Source: Antedon mediterranea | Lineage: Eukaryota > Animalia > Echinodermata | DNA length: 64,000 bases | NCBI RefSeq assembly: GCF_964355755.1 | Contig: NC_092673.1 | Location: 33,725,648-33,789,647, forward strand | Direction: 5' to 3' | Part shown: positions 43,610-58,106 of the stretch, one piece after another | Position numbering within the stretch: position 1 is the first letter of the stretch | How the letters are laid out: each line of letters begins with the position of its first letter | The notes under the pieces: generated by a model | The model's database searches: none | The model's input: only the letters and a program-made list of their open reading frames with translations | Told to the model about the DNA's origin: nothing | Made by a program: the position numbers and the translations under genes

Positions 43610-45341
43610 GTGAGAATCAGATTAAATATATTTTACAGCTGTATTTTTATGTTGAACATTGATGATAGTCGCCTAGTAAGGCCCTAAATCTCTGTCTACA
43701 CTATCAAACTAGTTTGACAAAATGTAAGGGTACTGTAAGTCCCACGTACGTTACAATTCTCTTCGGAATATCGCCCTCTTTTCGATTTCGCGTAAACTTT
43801 TCTTAATTTCATCAATAGACTGCCCCACTGGCGGCATTATTATCTAATGAAAATGAATCAAATCATAGTTAGTGTTTATTATTATCATGAAAAACAAGCG
43901 AAAACTAATGTATTTATCAATGTTTATTATTATTTATAGTTTCGAGTGAGATGATCATAAATATTGTATGTTATTATTAAACATAAACAAATAAATACAG
44001 TTAATATTTAAGTCTGAAGATAAAACAATTTTACGATTAAACGTATATTTTTATTTTGTATTTTTAGCCTTATTTTTTGTATGTTGTAGCCTAATTTATT
44101 TATTTATTAATGTTTATTATTATTTCTATTTTCGCGTGATCTGCAGATAAAACACTTTCACAGTAACGTATATAGTTTTGTTTGGTATATATATATATTA
44201 ATGTCTTATTTTGTATCTAATATTTACTCTTTGTTTAAGCCTGGTCGGACTGTTTTGGAGTCAGTGCCGAATATCTGTGTGGGATTTATCCTATCCTTCC
44301 TACCGGTTATTATTCATTAGTGATAAAATACAAATTATTAATATTCCATATAACAAACAACAACTAAACAATGACGTAAAATCCTTGTTAATATTGCTAA
44401 ATTCCCACAAAAGAGAAAAAAAATATTGTTTAGTTCCTAAAAATCCTTCCTGTTTTAATTCGGATTAGTGTGAATTTAACGGTGTGAATTACGCACTTAG
44501 TATAGTTAGACAAAGGCATTCCTGTCACCACCAATGAACCCATTTTTTTGCTTTTCGTAGTAGGCCTAGATGAATGAGTATGAATCAGAAACCGAAAATA
44601 TGTAGAAATCATTCATATTAACACTAGTAGTATATAAAACTGTAATTAAACCGTTACTTCCTGATAATGATGTGGAGCTTTAGCGGAAAACAGCCTCGTT
44701 TATTACAAAGTTGGGGTTAAAAAATGTTTTTTTTAAACGCCTCACCCACGGTCTATTGTTACGAACTTTTGAGGCATACAGTGTCGTACCTATTCAATAC
44801 AAAATCAGATATAATTTCTTTTGTTAACTTTGCTAACTACGTTTCTTGAGCAAGTATACGCTTCGCTAAATCTCCATTGAAATGGAAATGTACTTAACTG
44901 TACTTAGCAAACTGACTCAGTGACTGTTTGTATTGTGGTGGTAGTCACCACGTATTCACATGGAGTGGTAAAGAAAAAAACTGCTTTATTTTGGAGTTTA
45001 TTCAGTTTTTTACACGATCTGTATCTTGAATGTATTCTACACTATGTTCCCTAATACGTGAGCCACTGGGCTGAATGGCAAATGGTGGAAATGACATCAG
45101 ACACAGCTTCCGTTAGAGGTAGCCCCGGCTGTTCTGGTCTTTCTGTACTATCATCGCATCCTTTCAGAAACTTGTTGAGTACTCAGTCGACCAGTTCTCT
45201 CGTCGTGTCGTTTTTAAATCTTAAAATCTCGGATTTTGTAACAAACATTAGTTCTTTTTTACTCTCTCGATATATCCAGTGCCGTGTCACAGTAACTCTA
45301 GTGAGGTTCAGAACTCTAATCTGCACTGCAACCCAGTACCG

Positions 45342-45604
45342 ATGGGGTGCATACTACCCAAGAGGCAGAAGAACTTGGGCCTAGAAGGTGACATCAAAGT
45401 ATATGATCTTCAAGCTCGTATAGACTCTCACCCGACGTCTTTAATAGAATCTTCATACACTGTACTCAAATACCAGACACCACACTTTCGAGCGTCTGCC
45501 AAAGTGCGTTTTCCACCAATAAGTGGTAATGATACATGGCAGATAGGCTGGGTGCAAGGATGCAGTAATATGGACTTTACCATTACATATGGAAACTTAG
45601 GAAC
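45342..45604 (+). CDS. FAM78: FAM78 exon (N-terminal half)
   Basis: MGCILPKRQK...ITYGNLG; donor AC|gtaagt; an upstream acceptor at 45279 keeps the frame open from 45280. Confidence 0.9.
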
Positions 45605-48600
45605 GTAAGTATTTAAACATTATTTCTATCACTAATTTATAAAATAACGTTTTGTTTTTACATAATAAATATTAATTGTTACAGTAGTTCCGAACTAAGA
45701 GTTACCTCACGATAAATGTAACTAAAAAAACACCATCGTGTACAATACTAAATAATTGTGTAAACATATTAAGTGACTATTTGTTTTCTGTTTTACCACA
45801 TTGAAAAGCATCAGGTGCATTAAAGTGAACATACAATATTATACATAAGCATGTTACTATACAATTACATTTAGGCCTATTTAATGCATATATTTTTTCA
45901 TTATGAAATGATATAATATCTTTCTGATGTTATGAATATCAAACTACGAAATGGCTAAAATACTTCCAGTGAAAAACAACAACAAAACAACAAACATTTT
46001 AGAAATTAAGAACATAGAAATTACTATTATTATTTTTACTTCCGCAAATCGTTGCTGGTTGCCATTAAAATTTATTAGTTATTAAAAATGAAGAAGCATC
46101 CAAGCGTTAATAATAAATGTGGAGCCGTTAAATGATCTTAAGTATGACTCGGTGCTTTAAAAATATATCACATAACGCAATTAAGCTATGTAAGAAAAGT
46201 TGTTATCTTCACGTACTCGACGACAAACAAGTGTAGGCTTTTCAAATACAAAGTACTGTTGGCCTACGCAGATGCCCGAGGCCCCTGGTTAGGAACCCGA
46301 AATGGTCCGTAAAAAAAAAAAAGTGTATCAATACTAGTTTTGGAGAGTAGGCTTATACTATGATGATTTTGACCGGCATGATAGATTTCACACCGTTCAA
46401 CGACCAACAATACAAACACATAGGCCTACAATATGTAAAACTGTACATTAAAAATGTAGGCCTATAAGCTAATAAAAAAAGCACTCGGTTGGTAAATCAC
46501 GAAAAAAAAAATATTTAAAAAAGGTGTATTAATACTAGAGATTGATATTATACGGTACAATGACAGTTTGTCACGGGAGGCCCCCTTTCATGTTTGCTAA
46601 GTGGGAATGTATTGTAGCCTACGGACAAAAGAACGATTAAGAATTTGTTAGAGGCCGAAATCGTCAAAAAAAGGATTTTATAATACGAGCCTGGGAAGAC
46701 ATACCTAGTTGTAAATGTAGTGGAGTTGTATTCTATAGCAACGGTATCAATCATTTCGTTGCTAGGGAAGTGAACATCAATCATTCGAGTATATTATTTG
46801 TCATTTTACGAATCAACATGTGCGAATGGAACCCTATAAATACCAAACATACCGCCAGTAACAAATCGGTCACTAACTCCTCAAAGGAAGACTGGGTAGT
46901 CTCTCATTTGTTTGGGTATATGTCGATCCGTATCAGACGAAAGTAAAGTGGTCCCTAATAAAAGGAAAGAAAATAAAAGAGACCTGTTTACATCATACAT
47001 AATATATTGCTATTGATGAACATAATGAAACAAAATGTAACTACATTATGACAAATAATGAATTACTGTAAACCGTATATTATAATAACGTATGTTAAGT
47101 AATGTTGTTACGTAATGCGTAGGCCTACTGTATTGAATACGGTACATTCCTACAGCTTAGTTCCCACTAGAATGTAACGCGAGGACGTAAACGCAACGCA
47201 AGCGTATTGACCAATGACAAGCAACAGTTCGAATAATCCATCGCTTGTGATTGATCAAATCACTTACGTTGCGTTACGTCCTTGTGTTGCGTCTCTAGTG
47301 GGAACCAAGCATACTAAATATACTACATTGTGATTTTATATATTGCTTGTAAATGACGTAACATATACTGCATTACGTACATAAGGGGACCTACTGCTTG
47401 TACGTAGCGTAACGTATAGTGCTCATACACGACGTAACGTAACGGTAACGTATATTGTTCATACATGACATAACGTAACAGTAACGTATAGTGTTGTATA
47501 CCGTATATTACTACTTGTACATTGTGTTACAGTACATTACTACTCCTATATGACGTAACGTAACTGTCTAAATACATGTATGACGTAAATATGGTACTGC
47601 GTCTAATACATACGACGGCATTAACATTCCCATACTAGAATTATTGTCGTATAGTACAGGGTGTTTCCCATTATTGTTTGAAATAATAACAATTCACGAC
47701 AAATATTTCGTTAAATTTTCAATCACTCATTGTGGTTACTAATCGCATTAAGATGATTAAAGTATTGAGGAGACGACATACGGGTCACTTAATCATTCGA
47801 CCCTATTATGGAACCGTATTTGTACTCCAAATCGAGTAAAATAACACGACACTTTGTACGTGTTGAGTTAAGCATACGATGTACTTAAATCGCTTGTTAT
47901 AATTTGCTTTACCTGTTTGGTTATGTATAGCAATTGTTTATTATGTCCAAATGTATTAATAACCTGCAGTACACCTTTAATCAATTGTGTGAATATTTTC
48001 GAATAAGAACAATGCCCCTTTGTTCCTACATAACTCAAATAATTTATAATAATTTTTAAATGGAGGACAAGAGTTTATAGAGAAGGAAATAATATAGCGG
48101 GAATTAGTAATTTCACAAGGTCTCGATAATTGGAGACTTCACTCATTTTGAGGATCAAAGGTCAGACTTATAACAAATGCTTAGCCACAAAATCATCTTT
48201 GAGTTGTCAGTGACTTGCTTAAGTCAGTTTTCAAAAGTTTCAATAAAAAAAATTTTTCTTTAAATTTTATATGACGATATCGATTCCATAAGATTAATTA
48301 TTAAGTTTCCATTTAAGCACCTTTTAACCATAGTATCTTGACTTAAGTAAACATAGTTGCCAGCGCAACACGTTGTGTTGTTTATCCCGCGTCACAGATG
48401 TAGTTCATAATCTGAATTTTTTATTCAAAATGGAATAACAATGTTTTGATTTTGTTCTTTAGCCAACAATATTGTGGTTTATGTGATTAAAAAGGTCAAA
48501 CGGAAATATAAATATCTTGTCATTCCTAACAACATCTCGCATCGCATAGGAACCCAAAACAAAAAGTATATATAGGGCCTATATTAAGTGTTTTTCGGAT

Positions 48601-51600
48601 TTATAGAATGTTCATGATGATAACCACAATTGTTAACAAATCGTTACTTACGCGCGTGTTTTAGTGGGTCATTGGCGGAATAATACGAAACACTATCAAT
48701 AAGGTTATAGGGCCCTACATAAGTTAGGCCTATAGTTTGGTTTTGTTAGCGCGGACTAAACATACATTATTGTGCCGTTGTAGCTTTTTTTAATTAGAAG
48801 TTTGAGCTTGGGAACTAATACATAAGCGGTATATTACGTCACAAATTAATAAGTTCTGCGTACAAAAAAGCGCCAAAGTAGAATAAGTGCATCTAACATG
48901 CATCGCAGCCTATTATTAAAGCGCCGCAGTCGAATAAGTGTCGCAGTCGAATAAGTGTCGCAGTTGAATAAGCGTCGCAATCGAATAAGCGTCGCAGCCG
49001 ATTAAACGCCGCAGTCGAATAAGCGTCGCAGCCGATTAAACGCAGCAGTCGAATAAGTGTCGCAGCCCATTAAATGCCACAGTCGAATAAGTGTCCCAGA
49101 GACGGAGAAGGACCGTAGTCGACGAAACAAGTGCCTCAATGGGTTGCGTGTATCTCAATTTTTTTTACCAGAGCTAAAAGAGAGACAATTTCGGTAATTA
49201 CGTTAAATATAAATTCGTTTGATCAAAACAAAGATGATAATCAAATCTTGTATGACTAAGATGAGTTCCGCAGTCTTTTCCGTTTAAATTCTATCATCAT
49301 CTTTATCGTCAGAGTGTGTTGAAGAAAACTTCGAAACATTTAACCAATCAGATGTCGGTAACCTTTGCATGCTTTCCGTGGCGCCTCAGATAGGTTTAAC
49401 ATCGATTCTTTTCCGTGTGCTAATGCTATTCCAGTGAAAACAAATTAATAATTCGAATACAAGAAAATCCTGTAGATTATGCACTTAGCACGTACGATGG
49501 GTAAAGCTTGGTTCCTACTAGAACGCAACGCAAGGACGTAACGCAAAATTATTTGACCAATCTCAAACGATGGATTATTCGACTTGCTTGAGTTGCGTTA
49601 CGTCCTAGTAGGAATTAAGCTTTAGAATCCCTGTTTTAAAGCTCTGTCTACACTATCAAACTTTATGCGACAAAAGAATGTGATGTGCCCATATATGGAA
49701 ATGATGACATATCACTAACAAAATTTAGATCGTATTTCAACTACCAAGGGCCTATATAAACGTGGATTATTAGCCTTTCATAAATTAAGGAAATTCGATT
49801 AAAAATTTAAAGTTAAAAATAGATCATAACTAATAATGACATGGAATCTAAATTAAGAACGCCAAAGGTTAACTTTAAAAATAAAAAAAGAAAATTCGGA
49901 TATCTTATTCATCACACGGATATCTCACTTATCTCATATTTGTCGCAACTATAAGTAAGATGTAACTTTTATTGTCACCAATTTCCTACTGTGACAATCG
50001 AATTTATCCAGAGCCTACCATTTCCTGTACCCGAGATTAAACACCAGCGAGTTAAACGAGATATGACGTCATTTCTTGTAGAGGCCTCAATAATCATCTC
50101 GGTGATGTATTAATTCATTTCCTACGTCAAGGATGTACATCCGAGATAACAATTACATCCACCGCGGATGTTGAATATTTTTTACCAAGGATATAATATA
50201 CACCCTTTTTTGTCGTGGTCTTTCGCAAATTGAATTAAACGTTATTTTGTAGAAAGCAAACGTCTCCATTCTGATGTTCTCAACATTTTTTCAAATTTTA
50301 GAAATTGGTATGTAAAAATTAATCCACTACAGTTACTGCAGTAACTACATTTTGGTTGCAATAACACATGATTTAAATTGTTTAAATGTTGAGGCAGTTA
50401 CTGCAGTAAACCGTGTGTATGATTCTCCAACAAACCGCTCGCTAAATATTATCGGACTTAAAGAGTAAACAAAATGTATAGTTACTGCAGTAATTGCAGT
50501 AGAATAGTTTTGATCCCTTAAGATTGTACACCGTCCATGTATTTTGTTTTTGAATATTTATTTACGTGACATCACGAACAATTATTAGGGCTTAATAACA
50601 AAGATCGGTTTTATTTTTGTATTTGCTTTTAGTTTTACGAGAAAAAAATATGTTTTATATTATATAGAAAAATAAACGCTCTTAACTTTAGCCTACAGTA
50701 CAGTAGTTAGTTACGAACCTACAAATTCAAACGCGTTTCAGGAAACTCGTTGAATCAGGGCAAACATCAACGCACAAACTGTTAGTCAAAAACGTCAAAC
50801 GCGTTACGTACTCGTTTGCAATTTCAGGAAACTCGTTGAATCAGGGCAAACATCAACGCACAAACTGTTCAAATACTTCAAACGCGTTACGTACTCGTTT
50901 GCAATTTCAGGAATATCGTTGAATTAGGCCAAACATCAACGACCAAACTGTTAAAAAACTTCAAACGCGTTACATATGCGTTTGCGATTGTTAAATTAGT
51001 TACAGGCCTACTAAAGTACCAACCATGTCACCCACATTATCTATTTATAAAGTTATAACGACAATATTACTGTACATAATATAAAAAAAACCACGATGGC
51101 CATCACTCAAATTTCAGCTGATATCATTTTTCAGGAAGCTCATTGAATCAGGGCAAACATCAATGCACAAACTGTTCAAAAACTTCAAATGCGTTACGTA
51201 TGCGATTGTTAAATTAGTTACAGGACTACTGAAGTTCCCTAACAATCATATCACCAACATTATCTATTTTAAAAGTTATAACGACGATATTACTGTACAT
51301 AATATAAAAAAACCACGATGGTCATCACTCAAATTTCAGCTGATATCATTTTTCAGGAAACTCGTTGAATTAGGGCAAACTTTAACGCACAAACTGTTCA
51401 AAAGCTTCAAACTACGTCAAAGAATCTTGACGACATCCTCTAATTGAAAAATTAACCATCCTTATAAACTAATCACTATGTTTTGAACTGCGAAACATCC
51501 AATTCCTTTCTACAATACAGTGTTACAGTAGCTATCATATGTTTTGAATGCATTTTGGTTACTGGACAAAAGTGGTGTATGTTAGCAGTGACTGGGTATT

Positions 51601-53184
51601 AATTAGGATTTAAAATATATAGAGCTCAGGTTCTGCATCATCATCATCATCATTTGTCACATATGTATCAAATATGACACCTAAATATTATGATACAGGC
51701 GTCACATGTGACACAAACTGTATGCCACACTGTATCCCTATGATACTGGACATAAGTGGAGTTACAGTATGCATTGTCACTGCAGTGTATATAAGAAAAA
51801 TTTCTGATGTATTTTTTATATTGGACCAAATAAAGAATAATAATAATATAGAGAATCAGGTGAAATATTTTATCAAGTGTCCTAAATATAATTTTACAAT
51901 TGCATTATACATGAATTATTAATGTTTACCTCAATCTAACAAACTTACCTTTTTCAGTTATTTTTCCTCTATACCACAAATGAGCACAAGTTCCACTGAA
52001 GTAATTTATCCAATATTTCTGGAGTTTCTTCTTGGACCAAATGTGTTTCTTTCTTGTTCAATATCACACACAATGAAACTGCATGAAACTTTGAATGTAC
52101 AATTAACAACAGTGCATTTTTAAAATATTATATGTAGCTCTCCATACCTAACACCAAAAACTTACTAAAATCTACATTTTTCTTAATGTTTCATATATGT
52201 ATATCAAAGTTGCTCCTGGGTTATAATTGATTTAAATTAAATTTAAATAAAATGTGTGATTTCAGTAGTTTTTTACTATAGGTCTATTGTATAGTAGTAA
52301 GACTAAACTGTATTGTGAAAATTAAACTTTCCTGCATGCAAACATTATATGCCTATTATTTGTTAATATGTACAGTAAGCCCTAACATGTATTGTGAAAA
52401 CTAGATTTTCCTGAACATCATATTATGTAGGCCACCCAAAATTGTCCGCTGTTGGGAAATTAGATTCCATACTTTTATTAAAATCAGTTGTTTCACACAA
52501 AATGCATTAACAATCAATATAATTGCTATGTATAAAGACAAAAGACTACAGCAATATTCCATAAAGAGATAAAATAGAAAATGTCAAGACTCACTCTTTT
52601 TAAAATTATTACCAATTTCCATGACTTATTGTACATTTTCTTCTTCTAGATCAAGTTGGGAAATACCAGCACTTAAAACAGGTCAACAAAGATTTGTCAG
52701 TGATTCGGATGGAAAACATTATCCCTGGTACGGGTGCACAACCGAGGTTGCCACTGCATCTGGACCGACAAATTGTTGGACAAATTTAAACCTTAGAATG
52801 AATGACAATTTTCACCCGTCAATTACCTGGGATATACCAGTACGAAATAGCCATCAAGTTAAACTTACTCGTCTAGCACGCGATCAAAGTTTTACCGTCT
52901 GGCTAGTAGCCGTCAATCAAACGACCGGACAAAAATTTGTGCTCCGAACTGTAAAATGGAGGATGCAAATAAATATAGCTGTGGACGGTACACAACCGCT
53001 TGGAAAACGTGCCCGACTACTAGAGCCGAAGATACAAGAACAACCAGTTGTATTAGAATCGTGGCAAAATGAAGTAGCACCGCCAGAATCTCTACGAGCG
53101 CCAAACGCAAACAATGCACAAACTTTGATCTGGAGGCCGACAACAGGTGGAGACGTTGTCATAGTACCGCCAGTTTCTTCATAA
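45342..53184 (+). CDS. FAM78: FAM78 family protein (265 aa from the MGC start)
   Basis: Exons 45342-45604 and 52650-53184 with a phase-2 intron. Recognisable FAM78A/B motifs: MGC, YQTPHFRASA, WQIGWVQGCS, SSWEIP, SDSDGKHYPWYG, MNDNFHPSITW, RDQSFTVWLVA, QPLGKRARL, PNANNAQTLIWRP. Confidence 0.93.
47154..47311. mobile_element. MITE family 2 copy
   Basis: TAC|agcttagttcccactag...ctagtgggaaccaagca|TAC. Confidence 0.82.
48865..49095. repeat. 17-bp minisatellite (GCGTCGCAGTCGAATAA)n
   Basis: More than 10 degenerate copies. Confidence 0.85.
49505..49621. mobile_element. MITE family 2 copy (internally deleted)
   Basis: agcttggttcctactag...ctagtaggaattaagct. Confidence 0.72.
50725..51415. repeat. hierarchical tandem duplication (~85-bp unit x5 with a ~220-bp higher-order duplication)
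   Basis: tttcaggaaactcgttgaatcagggcaaacatcaacgcacaaactgtt near 50737, 50823, 50907, 51130, 51352. Confidence 0.85.
52650..53184 (+). CDS. FAM78: FAM78 terminal exon
   Basis: ttcttctag|A TCA AGT TGG...VIVPPVSS*. Confidence 0.93.
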
Positions 53185-53999
53185 AATTATGCTTTCTCAA
53201 ATTTCTTCAGTACTTCAAAACGATTTAATTTTTTTTGTATCGGGCAAACGCAATCTTTTACAAGACCATAATTTCTTACTTTGATGGTTTCATCGTTTTC
53301 CTTTGTCTTCCGTGGAGATACAATCAACGTTTTGTTTTTAATTGGTGCTAGCATTTTGTCTATCAACATGTGCTTAATTGATATTTTTGTAAAAAACTTC
53401 TCAAAGAGAATTTGTGAAAAGACTATTATTGATTTCTTTGAAATAAAAACAACAAATTGTAAAGTTATATATGATTCAACTCAACAAGTGAGAGTGTGAG
53501 AAAAAATGGTAATAAATATAAATGTATAAATTGAATGCAAATGTCTCGTCAATTTTTGTATTACATGTTTTAAATGAAAACCTGTATAAACTACATACAA
53601 TAAATCTATTATAAATCATTATACTGCAGTTACTGCAGTAGTAACAAGATTCGATTACTGCAATATGTTTGTTGAAACAGTGCGTATTAATACAACAAAA
53701 AACGCTTACAAACAATTTGCATAAACAGATTAAACAGTAAACAAAATGTTGGTACTGCAGTATAACTACAGTAAAATAATTTGATTAGGATATTAAAAAG
53801 TGGAGTACAAATTGTGTAGTCACTTGACATAAGCAAAGTATGAACTGTATGAAATATATTTTTTTACCTCTGACAAACAATTGAACTATTTGTGACCTGT
53901 CTACACAAGCAACTACAGTACTGTTTGCAGGTGTGTAGCAATAAATGCACATGAGCAATAGTATGGTAATGGCAAGTAAGCATGATTAATTAAACATTA

Positions 54000-54255
54000 A
54001 CACTGAGCAATTACTGTGTGAACACTGAATGCAATGTGTGAGTGTAAACACTGAACATGAGCAGCAGATGTGTGACAACTGAATGTGTGGAACTACTCTG
54101 TGTGGGAAACTACTCTGTGAAAACTAACCATGATCAACTACACTGTGTGAACACTAAACACGATCAACTACACTGTGTGAACACTAAACATAATCAACTA
54201 CACTGTGTGAACACTAAACATAATCAACTACACTGTGTGAACACTAAACATGACC
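54000..54255. repeat. 30-bp minisatellite (ATCAACTACACTGTGTGAACACTAAAC...)
   Basis: 4 near-perfect copies plus degenerate copies. Confidence 0.88.
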
Positions 54256-55539
54256 TTGTGTGACATCTACATGGTGAATGGTATACATAGTGTAACCCAT
54301 GAACATGTGGAATACATATTGTAGGTAATGCATGATGTGGTAACCGAAGCCATTCTGCAATCAGGGGTTACTTTTTGACAAAGAAAAAACAAAACCTATA
54401 CACTATAACCTAACCTATAATACTATAATTCAATAACAAAACAAAGACCACTAAAACTATCTATATAGATAGACTATTTATACAAATAAGGAGCGAGACT
54501 TAAAACTTTTATTCATTTTTTACTATTCTACCTTTAAAATACACAAAATCAAATACAATGCAAAAACAAATCTATCAACTTAACAATATTATGATAATTT
54601 CATATCAATTTTTTACATAGTATATAAATCTGAACTGAAGACGTTAAACCGTCTAGTGATTTTGTTGAAATAAAATGTGTAAAAAGCTGAGTTTACACAA
54701 AGGTCGATAAGGACAACAAAAAGCTAAAAGCCAAGGTCCTAAGGTGGGACTGTTGCGCCAGGTTTTATGATTTCTGGATAGATGACAGGAAATAAAACAA
54801 AGGAACGACTTAGTATAAAGGAAACCGTTAATAGGGAATAGGGAATTACTGTGATAACTTGATACAGTACATTATAACTCACTTCCAATCCATCAGTAAA
54901 GTTCATTTGCTTTATTATCTAATAAATGTAACATCGGATTATTAATAAGGTCTCTAATCATAAACATAGCAACTGTAATTGTTATATTAACTATTACATG
55001 TTTACTTCCAATTAAGGACCACAAGCTATATTTTTTATATAGGGCAGATACAACTGTAATACTATATTTCGTCTACAGGGACCACTATTACATTTTTTAT
55101 ACATGTATGACATCAACGCTAATATCAAACTATATATTTACCTCCAATAAAACATCACTAGCTATATTTTTTATAAAGGCATATACAACTGTAATATTAC
55201 ACTATATTGTTCCTCTCTAATTAAGGACCTCCAACTCTATTTATCCTACAGGTCAGAGAAACCTATAATATTTAACCTATATCATATTTACCGAAAATTA
55301 AATATCATTTTTTAAGCCAGGGTTTTAAGTAGTTTTATGACTTCTGGCCTCTACTGAGAATCAATTTATTTTGTGTAGATACATGTTACAAAAATATGAT
55401 CGCTAATTGGAAGTGAAGTCCCAAAATAAAATGATAAATAAATAAATAATAATAAATGATATAAAATTAAATTGTAATGTTTCTAGGGATTTTTCCTTTA
55501 TTCATATTTTGATCACATATACAAACAACTGAAGTGAAG

Positions 55540-55868
55540 TTTTATTTGAATTGAAATTTTTTGAAATTTATATTTATACTGGGTAACCTCTTCAGTCAAA
55601 GACTGGTCTCCCAGAGGGCCCAGTTGGTGATCAGTGGCTGTGATGTACTAATACACCGGGGTAACCCCTACTCGTCTCGAAAGATGTACTAGGTTCTTTA
55701 AAGTGCACACGAGCTAGATGTGTACACTGGGCCTACGGTTTATAGTCCTTATCCGAGAAGACTCGTTCTACCACCAGAACCATGGAGTGAGTGAGCCTCG
55801 AACCCCTGCCGATGTTATGGCTACGTAATTACGGTTTCACTGTCTTAACCGCTCGGCCACTCACTCAC
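55540..55868 (-). mobile_element. tRNA-headed SINE with Nin/Deu-like core
   Basis: A box TGGCCGAGCGG, B box GGTTCGAGGC, same core as 27608-27968 but a different 3' tail. Confidence 0.88.
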
Positions 55869-56597
55869 AAGTTTATAAGGGAGTGTACGCATACAACCTT
55901 CGCAGGTTGTTCTCTCCACATATGTTTTTGTTTGGAAGTGTAAAACGGATATAAAGTACTTTTTTTAAAAATTTACTTTTGGATTTTTAAGGTTAAAATG
56001 CCCAACAATATTTACTCAAAAGGCATATCATGAATCATAACCATATGAAATCAGAATACAATAGGCATTGAAATCCCTCATTATATTATTACACCTTCAG
56101 CTATATTGACAGTCATGCTTCAGTGCACAGTGTGATGCTTGAATAAGCAAGGAAATCTGAGAAACGATCAACAGACAAATGCACTTAAACTCTCACTTTC
56201 AATTTTAGTTGCGTTCGTAAGTTTTGATTTTAGTCTTCAGTGCAATCAATGATCTTTGTCTATGATTTTTGTCCATCAGAAAGTATTATATTTAAGTCAA
56301 TAAATGAATTTCCTTTAAGTGGTATTTGGATTTGAAGTTTAAAGGGTGGGAATGGTGAATACGACCAGTGAATCTTTTTGATAGGCACAGACATTTTTAT
56401 ACACAACGATTATGGAACAAGAAGAGAGCCCACTAGCCACACTACTAAGAGTAAACCGGGATCTAAAGACGCTCCGATTTCCAAATTGTATCAGCTTATA
56501 TGACCTATTTTTTCACAACAGTAAACAAGTACCTAAAGTTATGATGTTATTCAACAATCTGTTTACCTATTTAATAATAGTAGAACCCCCTCCTTTG

Positions 56598-57211
56598 GAC
56601 ACCCTCGTTGAGGGGACAACCTTTTATGGGGACATGATGATGGGTCCCAAAGTAGGGTGACACCCCTCGTTGAGGGGACAACCTTTTATGGGGACATGAT
56701 GATGGGTACTAAAGTAGGGTGACACCCCTGTTGAGGGGACAACCTTTTATGGGGACATGATGATGGGTCCCAAAGTAGGGTGACATCCCTGTTGAGGGGA
56801 CAACCTTTTATGGGGACATGATGATGGGTCCTAAAGTAGGGTGACACCCCTGTTGAGGGGACAACCTTTTATGGGGACATGATGATGGGTTTCAAAGTAG
56901 GGTGACACCCCTGTTGAGGGGACAACCTTTTATGGAGACATGATGATGGGTTCCAAAGTAGGGTGACACCCCTGTTGAGGGGACAACCTTTTATGGAGAC
57001 ATGATGATGGGTCCCAAAGTAGGGTGACACCCCTGTTGAGGGGACAACCTTTTATGGGGACATGATGATGGGTCCTAAAGTAGGGTGACACCCCTGTTGA
57101 GGGGACAACCTTTTATGGGGACATGATGATGGTTCCCAAAGTAGGGTGACACCCCTGTTGAGGGGACAATCTTTTATGGGGACATGATGATGGGTCCCAA
57201 AGTAGGGTGAC
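56598..57211. repeat. 61-bp minisatellite, 10 copies
   Basis: GACACCCCTGTTGAGGGGACAACCTTTTATGGGGACATGATGATGGGTCCCAAAGTAGGGT, preceded by a MITE-like end agtagaacccc. Confidence 0.95.
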
Positions 57212-58106
57212 AGAACAGTATTCACAGGAGCTCGAGTGAAAAAGGCTTCAGTCTATCCTACCAAAATAAGAAGACTTGTGGCTGATCATTCTAAAGACGA
57301 GCAGATGAAAAGATAAATGGTGTGTTCAAACAAACATATGTTTTTCACATAAACAGTAAAAAACACACAATATAAAAGAAAGCTACAGTATTTCAGAAAG
57401 ACTTAGATAAAGACTAAAGTTAGATGCCCTGCAGTCCTTTATTCACCCAAAGCAAATAGAAAATATAACCTGTGACAAAGTTTTGCTGACTAACACATAA
57501 AATGAAAGGATTGACACGATTCACTTGCTCTATTAACTTTCTATAGAAAATATTACAGTGGAACTGAGGTAAATATTACTGAGAAGCATATTAAATATTT
57601 ACAAAATTTTATTAACATGTGGGCTTTAAACACAAAAACATAAAAGTTAATGAACTCAATTTTCTGAAAAGCATTTTGGGTTCAGCTCAATTGTCCGGTT
57701 TTCCTGATGCTGTCTTCTCAAGAATTATTATAATCAGGAATGTATGTGGGATCTTCAAAACTATGAATTTGGAAGAATTGTCAGGGTTTTTTTTGGTCCC
57801 TCACTCAATACATTTTACGAAAAAAAGAAAGGCTAGTAGAATCTCAATTGTATCACAGTTCCACAGCATCAGATAGGAAATAAACCAATGGACACACTTA
57901 GTTGTGTTATAAATTATAATAAGAAATTTTAATAATTAAAGTAAATATCAAAAGCCAATGCCAATATTGGACTAGTAGATGTAACAGAAATAGAGGCAAA
58001 TTTTAATTTGTCAGCATTGTGTCATTTCTAAATGAAAATATTCATACAAAATTACATAATGTTTTTTTGTTTCTTGCCTTACCTTACTTAAATATGTTGC
58101 CTGGAC

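Noticed and set aside
54057-54263. ORF with HNQLHCVNTK repeats (metal-binding look)
   Set aside because: It is the product of a 30-bp minisatellite, with no splice or other gene context.
56598-57211. CRISPR-like array (regular repeats with internal palindromes)
   Set aside because: Units are contiguous with no unique spacers, there are no cas genes, and the context is eukaryotic; it is a minisatellite.
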